Below are positions 7,411 to 16,499 of a stretch of 34,389 nucleotides of DNA, one piece after another (the stretch's first letter is position 1; every line of letters starts with the position of its first letter). The stretch is from NCBI GenBank assembly GCA_015233495.1, contig JADFXQ010000002.1, positions 1 to 34,389 on the forward strand, given 5' to 3'. This DNA comes from Candidatus Omnitrophota bacterium. Its GTDB lineage: Bacteria > Omnitrophota > Gorgyraeia > Zapsychrales > Zapsychraceae. The notes under the pieces are model-generated. The model did no database searches, was not told the DNA's origin, and was given only the letters and a program-made list of their open reading frames with translations. The translations under genes were made by a program, and so were the position numbers.

Positions 7411-7784
7411 CTGAACAGCACCTGGTAGTTGATGGTTTTAGGGTTGAAGACCTCTTTCACAAAATCGATGACAGCATCTTCTTTAAACGTTTTACAGCTG
7501 AAGACATCAAAATACATGTCTCGCGCTTGATCATTAGTGTGCATAACGATCGCGCTGGTTTCGATCAGTTGGACCGCGGAAATACCGACTTCGATACCGC
7601 CGCCGAAACGTTCGGCGACACAGCCGCCAAAAGCGACCATATCGATTTTTTTCACCAATCGAGTGATGAAGTCCGCGATTTTTTGGGTTTCGAGGATGTT
7701 TGCGTTGCAGCTACGCGCTGTTAAGATGAGGTGTTTTCCGTAGTAGACAACACCGTCCACGTTGATACGTCGATATTCAGCCAT
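7407..7784 (-). CDS. Pyruvoyl-dependent S-adenosylmethionine decarboxylase-like proenzyme (SpeD/SpeH family)
   Basis: 'GKHLIL', 'GISAVQLIETSAIVMH', 'YFDVFSCK' motifs; AAGGA RBS before ATG7784; ATGA overlap with the SET gene. Confidence 0.85.
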   Translation of the reverse strand: MAEYRRINVDGVVYYGKHLILTARSCNANILETQKIADFITRLVKKIDMVAFGGCVAERFGGGIEVGISAVQLIETSAIVMHTNDQARDMYFDVFSCKTFKEDAVIDFVKEVFNPKTINYQVLFR

Positions 7785-7889
7785 CGGTCCTTTTTTCACC
7801 CTTCCTTTTATTGTAACGTGAATGGAAATTGGTTATTTATATGAAGCGGCGGCTGGCCGCGGCATTTTCCTATAAGAATATTGTTGTAA

Positions 7890-7918
7890 AGAATAGAATA
7901 TTTTCCCCGGCCTTGCAA
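7890..7918 (-). promoter_or_regulatory. Possible sigma70 promoter of the decarboxylase-SET operon
   Basis: TTGCAA-17 bp-TATTCT. Confidence 0.45.
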
Positions 7919-8028
7919 GTGTTTTTTATTCCGGTTTTTCTCACAATCTCGTCGGTAAAAAAGGCCGGCCGCGATGAGTTGCCGCGGGCGGGATTAATCC
8001 GGCAAAAGCGCGTCCGAACCCAGACGCT

Positions 8029-8733
8029 TTAAATGCTTTTTACAAGGTTTGAAAGGCAAATACAAGCAATATTATGATTTTTTTTCATGATTTTATCCGC
8101 GGCGGCGTCGGGGGGGAGATAGGGGTCGGTGAGGCCGACGTGGTCGGAGGCGTAAAATAACGCGGCGGCTTGGCGCTGGCAATATCGCGCCGCGTTAAAA
8201 AAAGCGGAGCATTCCATATCGACGATATCGACCTTGTCGCGGCAAAAATCAGCGTGATAGATTGTTTCTAAATAAAGCGAGCCCACGGTGGCGCAGGTCG
8301 CGGGAAGAATCGCGGGTGAAAGGGCCAGGATTTTTTGGCAGAGTGTTTGGTCCGGTTCGGCGTAATCCGGTTGGGAGTCTTGTTTTTTTAGCAGGCGGGA
8401 AAAACTTTCCCGGGCGAGGCTTTTTACCGGGCAGAAAAGCGCGGCGCTGTCCCGTTCTTGGGGTGAAGCGATGAGGCCGCAAGATCCGAAAAGGACATAA
8501 TTTTTAATCGGGCTGTCTTTTAAAAGCAGCAAGGCGTCGCCGGCGAACGCGGCGCCGACCCGGGTCTGAATTAAGGCGCAGTGTTTGCCAATGCCGGCGG
8601 AAAAAATGAAGCCTTTGTTTAATTTTGGAATGCCGAGTGCCGCGAGCAAAGGAGCGCTGACCAAGGGCGCGAAGACGCAATTTGGGGGAAAGGTTTTAGG
8701 GTCAAGGCCGAATTGACGCGCCGCATTTAACAT
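8029..8733 (-). CDS. Nucleoside phosphorylase family protein (PNP/UDP/MTAN fold)
   Basis: 'VLFGSCG', 'VDIVDMECSAFF', 'YASD' motifs. Confidence 0.8.
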   Translation of the reverse strand: MLNAARQFGLDPKTFPPNCVFAPLVSAPLLAALGIPKLNKGFIFSAGIGKHCALIQTRVGAAFAGDALLLLKDSPIKNYVLFGSCGLIASPQERDSAALFCPVKSLARESFSRLLKKQDSQPDYAEPDQTLCQKILALSPAILPATCATVGSLYLETIYHADFCRDKVDIVDMECSAFFNAARYCQRQAAALFYASDHVGLTDPYLPPDAAADKIMKKNHNIACICLSNLVKSI

Positions 8734-8863
8734 GGGAACAGATTCAAGAGTTTATGATACAATTATTCGTTATAGGGACGGTTGCGAAATGTCTCCAATG
8801 CTCTTAACCGACGGCATAGGCTGTCCAAATTGGAAACATATTATATCATAACGCGGGAGATTT

Positions 8864-9808
8864 ATGAAATACGTAAAATTGCCGAATACGGATATGGATA
8901 TGTCCGTTTTGACTTTGGGGACTTGGGTCTTTAGCGGCGACGTGTGGGGCGCGGTGAAGGAACAAGAATGCCGCGACGCGGTGGCCGCGGCTGCGGATTG
9001 CGGGATCAACGTCATCGATACCGCGCCGATTTATGGATACGGGGCAGCGGAAATTATTGTGGGCAAGGCGGTCCGCGGCTGCCGCGGGCGGTTTCTGATT
9101 GCCACAAAATGCGGGCTCATTGGACGCGGCCGGGAGATCCGGCATGATTTGTCGCCGGGGTCGATACGCCGCGAAGTGGAAGATTCTTTGCGCCGTCTGG
9201 GCGTGGAACGCATTGATTTATATCAATGTCATTGGCCCGACCCGGATACGGCGATCGAATCAACCATGGAAGCCCTGCGCGGTTTACAGCAGCAGGGAAA
9301 AATTCGTTATATCGGGGTATCCAATTTTGATCAAGCGCTTTTGGAGCGGGCGCGGCGATGCGCTTGTATCGTGACTTCCCAAAATCCTGGTTCGATTCTG
9401 GATAGGTCCGGAGAAACGCTTTTCCGGTTTTGCCAGGAACGGCAAATCGGCGTCTTGACTTATGGCAGTTTGGCGGGAGGGATTTTGACCGGAAAATACG
9501 ACCAAGCGCCGCGTTTTAAATCCGGGGATGCGCGGAGTTTTTTTTATAAATATTATTCCCCAAAGCATTTTGAACCGACGCGGCAACTTTTGGAAAAACT
9601 GCGGTCTTTGGGACAGCCCTTAAACCAAATCGCTTTGAATTGGGCTAGGCGGCAGCCGGGCGTGGTGAGCGTGTTATGCGGCTGTCGTAACGCCGCGCAA
9701 GTGCGGGACAATGCCGCGGCTATTGCCTGGGATTTGAGCGAGGAGCAGACCCGGTTGATCGACGAATGGGCAAAGCAGACTTTAGATCCGGGAGCGGCCA
9801 ACCTATGA
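8864..9808 (+). CDS. Aldo/keto reductase
   Basis: 'LGTW', 'IDTAPIYG', 'IATKCG', 'SLRRLGVERIDLYQCHWPD', 'IGVSNF'. Confidence 0.95.
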   Translation: MKYVKLPNTDMDMSVLTLGTWVFSGDVWGAVKEQECRDAVAAAADCGINVIDTAPIYGYGAAEIIVGKAVRGCRGRFLIATKCGLIGRGREIRHDLSPGSIRREVEDSLRRLGVERIDLYQCHWPDPDTAIESTMEALRGLQQQGKIRYIGVSNFDQALLERARRCACIVTSQNPGSILDRSGETLFRFCQERQIGVLTYGSLAGGILTGKYDQAPRFKSGDARSFFYKYYSPKHFEPTRQLLEKLRSLGQPLNQIALNWARRQPGVVSVLCGCRNAAQVRDNAAAIAWDLSEEQTRLIDEWAKQTLDPGAANL

Positions 9809-11097
9809 ACGATGCGGCGCAAGCCTGCGTGCGAAAGCGGTTTCCCCGGTTTGGCGTCAACAAACAGCAGGAAATTTCCCGGTTGGTATATGAAATTTCT
9901 CGCCGGGAAAATGTCGGTTGGCAATCGGTTTTGCCCTCGGCGGATGAAAAATCCCCGGAGATCCGTTATCCGGCTTTGCGACAGGCGCTTTTACGCCGGC
10001 GATATCCGAATTTGACGGAGGAAGAGAGACAGGCCGCAGTTTTGCCTGCTTTGGATATACAACCCGGGAACCGGGCGGTGTTTTTAGGTGAGCAAAACCG
10101 CCGCCAAGTTATTCCGCGGCGGTTTTACGTTGAAGCGGCGGTCGCGAAGAAAAATTTCGCGGCGGATCTGCGGCGACGTTTTCCCGACGCGGAGTTCACG
10201 GGAATCACCACGTATAAAGAATTTCACGCCGGGCGCAAATATTGTTTGGCGGAGTATAACCGGCGTTTAGAGGATTTTTTTATTGTCGCCGAAAAATATG
10301 ATTTTTTTTGCCCGTGCCCGTGTTCACCCGGTTGCGCGCCGTGCGGGTATCACATTTTTAACGCCGGCCGCGGCTGCGCGTTGGAATGCGTTTATTGTTT
10401 TTTACCCGGCTATATGAATGAACCGGGCATTGTGATCCCGGGGAATCTGGAGGAATATTTTCAGAGAATCGACGGTTATGGTCAAGGGTTGCGCTTTGGC
10501 TCCGGCCAGTTTACTGATTCTTTGGTGTTCGACCATATCACGCGATTCTCGCCGCGGATTATTGATTTTTTCCGCGGCCGGCCAAACGATATTTTTGAGT
10601 TTAAGACGAAAAGCGATGCCATTGAATTGATTTTAGCGGCGCCGGCTGGGGAGAATATTGTGATTTCCTGGTCGCTGAATCCGCAAAAGATTATTGAGAC
10701 CGCCGAATTTTTTACCGCCGGATTGACCGCGCGTTTGGACGCGGCTAAACGTTGCGCCGCCGCGGGATACCGGGTGGGGTTTCATTTTGACCCGATCATT
10801 TTTTACCCGGAATGGGAAAGGGATTATTTTGCTGTTGTGGACCGGATTTTTTCTTCGGTGCCGCCGCGGCGTGTAGCCTGGATCAGTTTAGGGTGTTTGC
10901 GCCTGACGTTGAAATTGAAGAAAGCCATTGAAAATAGGTTTCCGGATAATACAATTTTAAATGGGGAAATGACCGCCGGCTTTGACGGCAAGCTGCGCTA
11001 TCCGGAAAGGGTTCGCCGGGATATTTATAAAAAGATGCGCGAGCGGATTGCCGGGCATGACCCGAACGTTTGGGTCTATTTATGCATGGAACCTTAG
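9805..11097 (+). CDS. Spore photoproduct lyase-like radical SAM protein with N-terminal extension
   Basis: 'GCALECVYCFL' CxxxCxxC, 'GSGQFTDSL', 'EFKTKS', 'SWSLNP', 'GFHFDPI', 'YLCME'. ATGA overlap with the reductase gene. Confidence 0.88.
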   Translation: MNDAAQACVRKRFPRFGVNKQQEISRLVYEISRRENVGWQSVLPSADEKSPEIRYPALRQALLRRRYPNLTEEERQAAVLPALDIQPGNRAVFLGEQNRRQVIPRRFYVEAAVAKKNFAADLRRRFPDAEFTGITTYKEFHAGRKYCLAEYNRRLEDFFIVAEKYDFFCPCPCSPGCAPCGYHIFNAGRGCALECVYCFLPGYMNEPGIVIPGNLEEYFQRIDGYGQGLRFGSGQFTDSLVFDHITRFSPRIIDFFRGRPNDIFEFKTKSDAIELILAAPAGENIVISWSLNPQKIIETAEFFTAGLTARLDAAKRCAAAGYRVGFHFDPIIFYPEWERDYFAVVDRIFSSVPPRRVAWISLGCLRLTLKLKKAIENRFPDNTILNGEMTAGFDGKLRYPERVRRDIYKKMRERIAGHDPNVWVYLCMEP

Positions 11098-11112
11098 GAA
11101 CAAGGAGAGATC

Positions 11113-12012
11113 ATGACCATTGGTTTTATCGGCCTCGGCCGCATGGGATTAAATATGGTGGAGCGTTTGCTGGCGCGCGGGCATGCGATTGCGGCTTATG
11201 CCCGCAGTGAAGATTCCCGGCGTCCGGCGCGGGATAAGGGCGCCCGGACAGTGGAAGCATTGGGTCAATTAGTTGACACGCTGAACACGCCGCGGGTGGT
11301 TTGGGTCATGGTCCCGGCGGGAGAGGCCACCGAGCAGAATGTCCGGGAATTGGCCGGCCGGCTTTCGCCCGGCGATATTGTGGTGGACGGCGGTAATTCC
11401 AATTATCAGGATTCTTTGCGCCGCGGGAAAATGTTAGCGGAGAAAGGGATTGAATTTTTGGATTGCGGCACCAGCGGCGGGATTTGGGGATTGCAGAATG
11501 GTTATTGTCTGATGATCGGCGGCAGTTCTTCGGCTTTCCAAAAAGTTGAACCGATTTTCGCGGCCTTGGCTCCCGCGCAGGGGTACGCGCTGGTGGGGCC
11601 GAGCGGGGCCGGGCATTTTGTCAAAATGATCCACAATGGAATTGAATACGGGATGCTCCAGGCCTATGCCGAGGGGTTTGAAATTTTGGCCGCGAGAGCG
11701 GAATATCATTTGGATTTAGTAAAAATCGCGGGTTTATGGAATCAAGGCAGTGTTGTCCGTTCCTGGCTTTTGGAATTGGCGCAAACCGCGTTCGCGAAAG
11801 ACCCCCGTTTGGAAAAAATTAAAGGATATATCGCGGATTCCGGCGAGGGCCGCTGGACGGTTGCCGAAGCGGTCGCGCAAAATGTTCCGGCGCCGGTTTT
11901 GACTTTGGCGCTGTTAGAGCGCCTGCGTTCGCGTCAGGAAGATTCGTTTGCCGCGAAAATGATCGCGGCTTTGCGCGATGAGTTTGGCGGGCATGGGGTG
12001 AAGAAAAGTTGA
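11113..12012 (+). CDS. gnd: 6-phosphogluconate dehydrogenase, decarboxylating (short form)
   Basis: 'GLGRMG', 'DGGNS', 'GTSGG', 'GHFVKMIHNGIEYG', 'DSGEGRWT', 'FGGH'. Confidence 0.96.
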   Translation: MTIGFIGLGRMGLNMVERLLARGHAIAAYARSEDSRRPARDKGARTVEALGQLVDTLNTPRVVWVMVPAGEATEQNVRELAGRLSPGDIVVDGGNSNYQDSLRRGKMLAEKGIEFLDCGTSGGIWGLQNGYCLMIGGSSSAFQKVEPIFAALAPAQGYALVGPSGAGHFVKMIHNGIEYGMLQAYAEGFEILAARAEYHLDLVKIAGLWNQGSVVRSWLLELAQTAFAKDPRLEKIKGYIADSGEGRWTVAEAVAQNVPAPVLTLALLERLRSRQEDSFAAKMIAALRDEFGGHGVKKS

Positions 12013-12029
12013 AAGTTATAAGGAGAAAT

Positions 12030-13571
12030 ATGGCGGATAAAGATTTTGATAATCCGGTTTTACAAAACCAATTTCTCGAATCCTGTGATTTGCCGGAGCC
12101 GGAGAAGCCGATTCCGCCGTTTGTCTTGGTGATTTTTGGCGGCACTGGGGATTTGAGCCGCAATAAACTTATTCCGGCGCTGTTTCAGCTTTTTATATCC
12201 GGAAAATTGCCGCCGCGTTTTTTTGTGTTGGGCCTCGGATCGCGTCTGTTGTCGGATCAAGAGTTCCGTGTTTTTTGCCGGGACGCGGTCGCGTCCGGCG
12301 CGGCATCGGCGGAGGCTGTGGAGGATTTTGGCGCGCGTTTTGGTTATTTGGCGCAGGATTTGAACCGCGCCGGAGAACCGGCGGGTCTGTGCGGCCGGCT
12401 TACCCAATTGCGCGCGGGATTAGACAGTCCGGACGTTTTGTTTTTGTTTTATTGCGCGCTGCCGCCGGATCTGTTACCCGCGGTGGTCCGGTCGTTAGAC
12501 GCGATCCCCGCGTGTCATGACAGCCGCGTTGCCAAAATTGTCGTCGAGAAACCCTTCGGGCATGACCTGGATTCTTGCCGGGTTTTTAACGGTTTATTGC
12601 GGCAGCATTTTCCCGAACAGCAGATCTATCGCATGGATCATTATTTGGGAAAAGACACCGTGCAAAATATTTTATTTTTTCGGTTTGGCAACAGTATGTT
12701 CGAGCCCTTATGGGATTATCGTTATATTGATCACATTCAGATCACGGTAGCGGAAGACGCGGGAATCGAGAACCGCGGCCGGTTTTATGAACAGTCGGGA
12801 GTCATCCGCGACATTGTCCAGAACCATATTCTGCAATTGATCGCTTTAGTCACTATGGAACCGCCCGTGGGATTTGAGGCGGATTTTATTCGCGATGAGA
12901 CCGTTAAGGTGTTTCGCACGTTTCGTCCTTTTGCCCCGGAAGATTTTTCCCGTCGGACCGTGTTGGGGCAATACGGGGCCGGGACTCTCTTAGGCCGGCC
13001 GGCCGCGGCGTACCGCGCGGAAAACCATGTCGCCCCGGATTCTGTCACGCCGACGTTTTTCGCCGGAAAATTTTATATTGATAATTGGCGTTGGGCGCGG
13101 GTGCCGATTTATGTCCGGGCCGGAAAAAGGCTGTCCCGCCGGTTCAGCGAAATATGCGTTCAATTCAAACAGCCGCCTTTGCGGCTTTTTGGGCGCGTCT
13201 GCGACGCGATCACGCCGGGCGCGGTGCGTTTTAGCCTTTATCCCGAAGAGGAAATCAGTTTGCGGATGAACGTCAAATATCCGGGGCCGGGCAACCGTCC
13301 GTATCCCGTGTCCATGAAATTTAATTATGGGCAGACCTTTCAACTCAAAAGTTTTTCGCCTTATCAGCGGTTGCTGGCGGATTGTCTGAAAGGCGACCCT
13401 TTGTTGTTTTCGCGCCAGGACGGCGTTGAGGCGATGTGGGCGATCGTGGATCCGATAGTTAAATATTGGGAGCAAAATCCGCCGGGGGATTTTCCTAATT
13501 ACGCAGGCGGCGCGCCGGGGCCGGCCGCCGCGGATGAGTTGATCCGCAGGGACGGGAGAGAGTGGGTGTGA
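12030..13571 (+). CDS. zwf: Glucose-6-phosphate 1-dehydrogenase
   Basis: 'FGGTGDL', 'EKPFG', 'RMDHYLGK', 'RDIVQNH', 'RAGKRL'. AAGGAG RBS before ATG12030. Confidence 0.96.
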   Translation: MADKDFDNPVLQNQFLESCDLPEPEKPIPPFVLVIFGGTGDLSRNKLIPALFQLFISGKLPPRFFVLGLGSRLLSDQEFRVFCRDAVASGAASAEAVEDFGARFGYLAQDLNRAGEPAGLCGRLTQLRAGLDSPDVLFLFYCALPPDLLPAVVRSLDAIPACHDSRVAKIVVEKPFGHDLDSCRVFNGLLRQHFPEQQIYRMDHYLGKDTVQNILFFRFGNSMFEPLWDYRYIDHIQITVAEDAGIENRGRFYEQSGVIRDIVQNHILQLIALVTMEPPVGFEADFIRDETVKVFRTFRPFAPEDFSRRTVLGQYGAGTLLGRPAAAYRAENHVAPDSVTPTFFAGKFYIDNWRWARVPIYVRAGKRLSRRFSEICVQFKQPPLRLFGRVCDAITPGAVRFSLYPEEEISLRMNVKYPGPGNRPYPVSMKFNYGQTFQLKSFSPYQRLLADCLKGDPLLFSRQDGVEAMWAIVDPIVKYWEQNPPGDFPNYAGGAPGPAAADELIRRDGREWV

Positions 13572-13596
13572 AATAACCAAACCGAAGGGGTTCGCT

Positions 13597-13974
13597 ATGG
13601 CAAAAATGATTTTGGTCGTGGATGATGACGCGCAGGTCTTGGATGTGGTCGTGAAGCATCTTTTGAACAATGGGTTTGAGGCCATGGGCGTGATGACCGG
13701 AAAAAGCGGCTTAGAAAAAGCCAAGTCGTATTTGCCGGATTTGATTTTGTTGGACATTATGCTGCCCGATTTAGAGGGCTCAGAAGTGGCGCGGGAGTTG
13801 CAACAGCAAGAACGGGTCAAAAATATTCCGATTATTTTCTTGTCCGGCATGATCGGCAAAGATAAAGAGGTCGACGAGATCCGGGTAGGAGACATCACGT
13901 ATCCGGCCATCGGCAAACCGTTTACCGGCCGTCAATTGCTCGAGGCAGTTAAAAAAACATTCAACTTGGTGTAA
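13597..13974 (+). CDS. Single-domain response regulator (receiver)
   Basis: 'LVVDDD', 'PDLILLDIMLP', 'PIIFLSG', 'KPF'. Confidence 0.93.
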   Translation: MAKMILVVDDDAQVLDVVVKHLLNNGFEAMGVMTGKSGLEKAKSYLPDLILLDIMLPDLEGSEVARELQQQERVKNIPIIFLSGMIGKDKEVDEIRVGDITYPAIGKPFTGRQLLEAVKKTFNLV

Positions 13975-13987
13975 ATAAACGTGTCCG

Positions 13988-16240
13988 TCACCTTAAAAGC
14001 TGTTTCATCTCTATGGGTTGAATTTGAAAGATGACGGGATACAGACCATCGATTTTTAGATTGAAAATCGGCTGTTGTTTGACCGGCAGCGGCATACCGT
14101 TAAGATCCCGCTTGATTTGCATATTTAACAGCTTCGCGTTAAAGTCGATACCACCGACGTTGGATGCGGGTGAAGAGACTGCTGTATTGGCAGGAGCCGC
14201 TTGTAATGGGGTTCCATCCGGCAAAATTCCAGTTGGGGTTTTCGCAGCGGGATTGCCTTCAATTTGTTGAATTATCGTTTTAAACGCCGCCGGCGTTTCC
14301 GGTGAATCTTCGATTATATATTGTTGTAAGTCTTTCGCGGTTTTCGGTTTTGCTCCGGTAATGGGTTTTAAAATTGAAGTCTTGGGTTTGCCGTTATCCA
14401 CATTCAAAATATATAAAGCGCCGTCCGGCCCTTTTTGCGCGTCCAGTAGGTTGGTTAAAAATATCCATTCTGTTCCTTTTTCATTAAAATAAAACCGAAT
14501 TTGGTCGCCCGCCGGATTGAGCCGAGGATGATCCCATCCCGGGACTCCGAGATTTTTGATCAGCTCGAGCATTTTATCTACATTCGGGTAAAGGGCTTTA
14601 GCTTTAATGCCGAATTGGACACTGGGAGGCAAATTGCCAAAATCCTTATCCCCCAATTCTTTGTAAAAATTTTCGGGTATTGAATCATCGGTAATCTGCC
14701 CCTTTGGGATAGGGATAAAAAATACCAGTTTTTTCGGGTTGTCTTTAGGCCCATGCCAAACGTAAAGACCGGCTTGAGCATTGGTCGGGTCCTTAGGGTC
14801 ATAAACTGAGATGACTTCTTTTACTTCGGGCGCGGTAAGGGTTACCTGAGGGCCATTAACCGCGCCATTCCAACCCGGGTTGTTCAAAATGATCCGCATT
14901 TTATCGCCGGTATTTTTATTATTTGAATCCATAAAGAAACGCGGCAAAGCGCCCAATGCGGTGGCCGCTCTATGGATTTGATCATTGGTCATGGGCTTGA
15001 CCGGTTTTATTTCTAGTCTTGGGATACTGGCATCAAGGATATTTTTAAGGACGACTGGGTTGGTTTGCGTTTCCGTGGTCAGGGGATTGGTATTGACTTG
15101 CGCGACGACGCGGGACACATTCGAAAGCGCCAAAAGAACAGTTAACCCTGCCGGAACTATTCGCAGCACTTTACGAAATGACAAAGCCGGGCTCGACACC
15201 GTAAACCCTCCGGAAAAATATTTTCGGGTAAGGATGTCGCCGGTCAAGGGGTCTTCTTCGACTTTGGTAAAATCATAGACGCCTTGCCGAAAAGCTTGGA
15301 GATATTGTTGGTAAATTTGGTCTTTGACGTTGTTATCTTTGAGATCAATGCCTTTGGTTTTGTTTTGGTCTACGTAAATCTGGCTCAACAAGCTGTCTTT
15401 TAATTTCATTTTGTACCAAGTGGCGAGGATCATGGCCTGGTACATTTGCCGCAGCAACGCGAAATTTTTGCCGGTATTGACTTCTTGCTCCAAAACGGGC
15501 AGGATCACGTTGCGCACCGCATCGGATCCGATTTTATTGACTGCGGCGTCTTTAGAAGCGGCAGAGGGAGGTTCTTTGTTGTTTTGCAGGGTTAGATAAT
15601 CCTCCTCGAGCATAACTTTCAAATGGCTCGCGACAATGAAGGCGCTGGTGTCTTTTTCATAAATATCCGCCTGATCTGGGACGATCCAGACTTTGTTAAA
15701 GGTATCCACGGGGATGTCGACATTCCCATAACGCTCTTGCACGATTTTATAAACTTGATCCCAAAAGGTTTTTCCGACCGGGTTTTCCGGATGCAGGAGA
15801 GACGCGGTCAATTGTTTGAGTATATAATCTTGCGCAAGCAGATCTCGTCCCATGGCTGTCCGGCCCAACCCATCGGCGATTATCCGATTTTTTTCATAGG
15901 GCGATAAGTTTACCCACAACTCGGTTTCCGGGACAGTCAGCGCGGCTAAAAAATATTTGATGATTTTATTTGATTCTTCCTTAAATGCGGCACCTTGCAG
16001 CCGGTCATTGCCGGAGTCGATCAGAAAATCAAATTGCGTTGGATTTTCCGGATGAAGAGTGACTCCAATCAGCCGGGGGAGAGAAAAAGCCCCAGTCACA
16101 TTAATCATTTGTCCGGGTTCCGGCAGAGACAAGGCCTGGGCACGCGTAAACTGCGGTGGCAGCAAGAGATAGATAATAAAATTGAGCACGAGCCAAACAG
16201 ACAAAAAACGAAATAGTTTTCGGTGTTTAAGATTGTTCAT
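13988..16240 (-). CDS. Secreted hypothetical protein (750 aa): N-domain, variable-looking middle, GGIDF C-terminal tail
   Basis: Long ORF with an N-terminal signal/TM segment, an N-domain ending RKYFSGG (aa 339-345) and a tail starting GGIDFN (aa 696). Confidence 0.85.
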   Translation of the reverse strand: MNNLKHRKLFRFLSVWLVLNFIIYLLLPPQFTRAQALSLPEPGQMINVTGAFSLPRLIGVTLHPENPTQFDFLIDSGNDRLQGAAFKEESNKIIKYFLAALTVPETELWVNLSPYEKNRIIADGLGRTAMGRDLLAQDYILKQLTASLLHPENPVGKTFWDQVYKIVQERYGNVDIPVDTFNKVWIVPDQADIYEKDTSAFIVASHLKVMLEEDYLTLQNNKEPPSAASKDAAVNKIGSDAVRNVILPVLEQEVNTGKNFALLRQMYQAMILATWYKMKLKDSLLSQIYVDQNKTKGIDLKDNNVKDQIYQQYLQAFRQGVYDFTKVEEDPLTGDILTRKYFSGGFTVSSPALSFRKVLRIVPAGLTVLLALSNVSRVVAQVNTNPLTTETQTNPVVLKNILDASIPRLEIKPVKPMTNDQIHRAATALGALPRFFMDSNNKNTGDKMRIILNNPGWNGAVNGPQVTLTAPEVKEVISVYDPKDPTNAQAGLYVWHGPKDNPKKLVFFIPIPKGQITDDSIPENFYKELGDKDFGNLPPSVQFGIKAKALYPNVDKMLELIKNLGVPGWDHPRLNPAGDQIRFYFNEKGTEWIFLTNLLDAQKGPDGALYILNVDNGKPKTSILKPITGAKPKTAKDLQQYIIEDSPETPAAFKTIIQQIEGNPAAKTPTGILPDGTPLQAAPANTAVSSPASNVGGIDFNAKLLNMQIKRDLNGMPLPVKQQPIFNLKIDGLYPVIFQIQPIEMKQLLR

Positions 16241-16414
16241 AGCGGCGCTTTCCTTAAAGAACTCTTAATTAAGTCGCGTAATCTTTCACTTTCAACCTAA
16301 TTAAGGTATACCATACAAATTCTTAAAAACCAACGCCGCCCTAAAAAAATCATGGGGTCCGTCATATTTATTTAAGCCGTTCCAACATTGCCGGATTTAA
16401 AAATTTTTTCACGC

Positions 16415-16464
16415 TTGACAACCGAAAGGGAGAGGATATAATAACTTTGTTCATAAAATGAACA
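16415..16464 (+). promoter_or_regulatory. Consensus sigma70 promoter plus palindromic operator
   Basis: TTGACA-16 bp-TATAAT (16415-16442), then TGTTCAT-aaa-ATGAACA (16448-16464). Confidence 0.85.
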
Positions 16465-16499
16465 GTTTAATTATCCAATCTTTTTTGGTTTTAAATCCC

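Noticed and set aside
7785..7890. SAM riboswitch ahead of the decarboxylase
   Set aside because: No SAM-I, SAM-II or SAM-SAH consensus is recognisable.
12990..13916. 308-aa antisense ORF, and the other shadow ORFs across the window
   Set aside because: They lie opposite or out of frame to well-supported genes and show no recognisable motifs.
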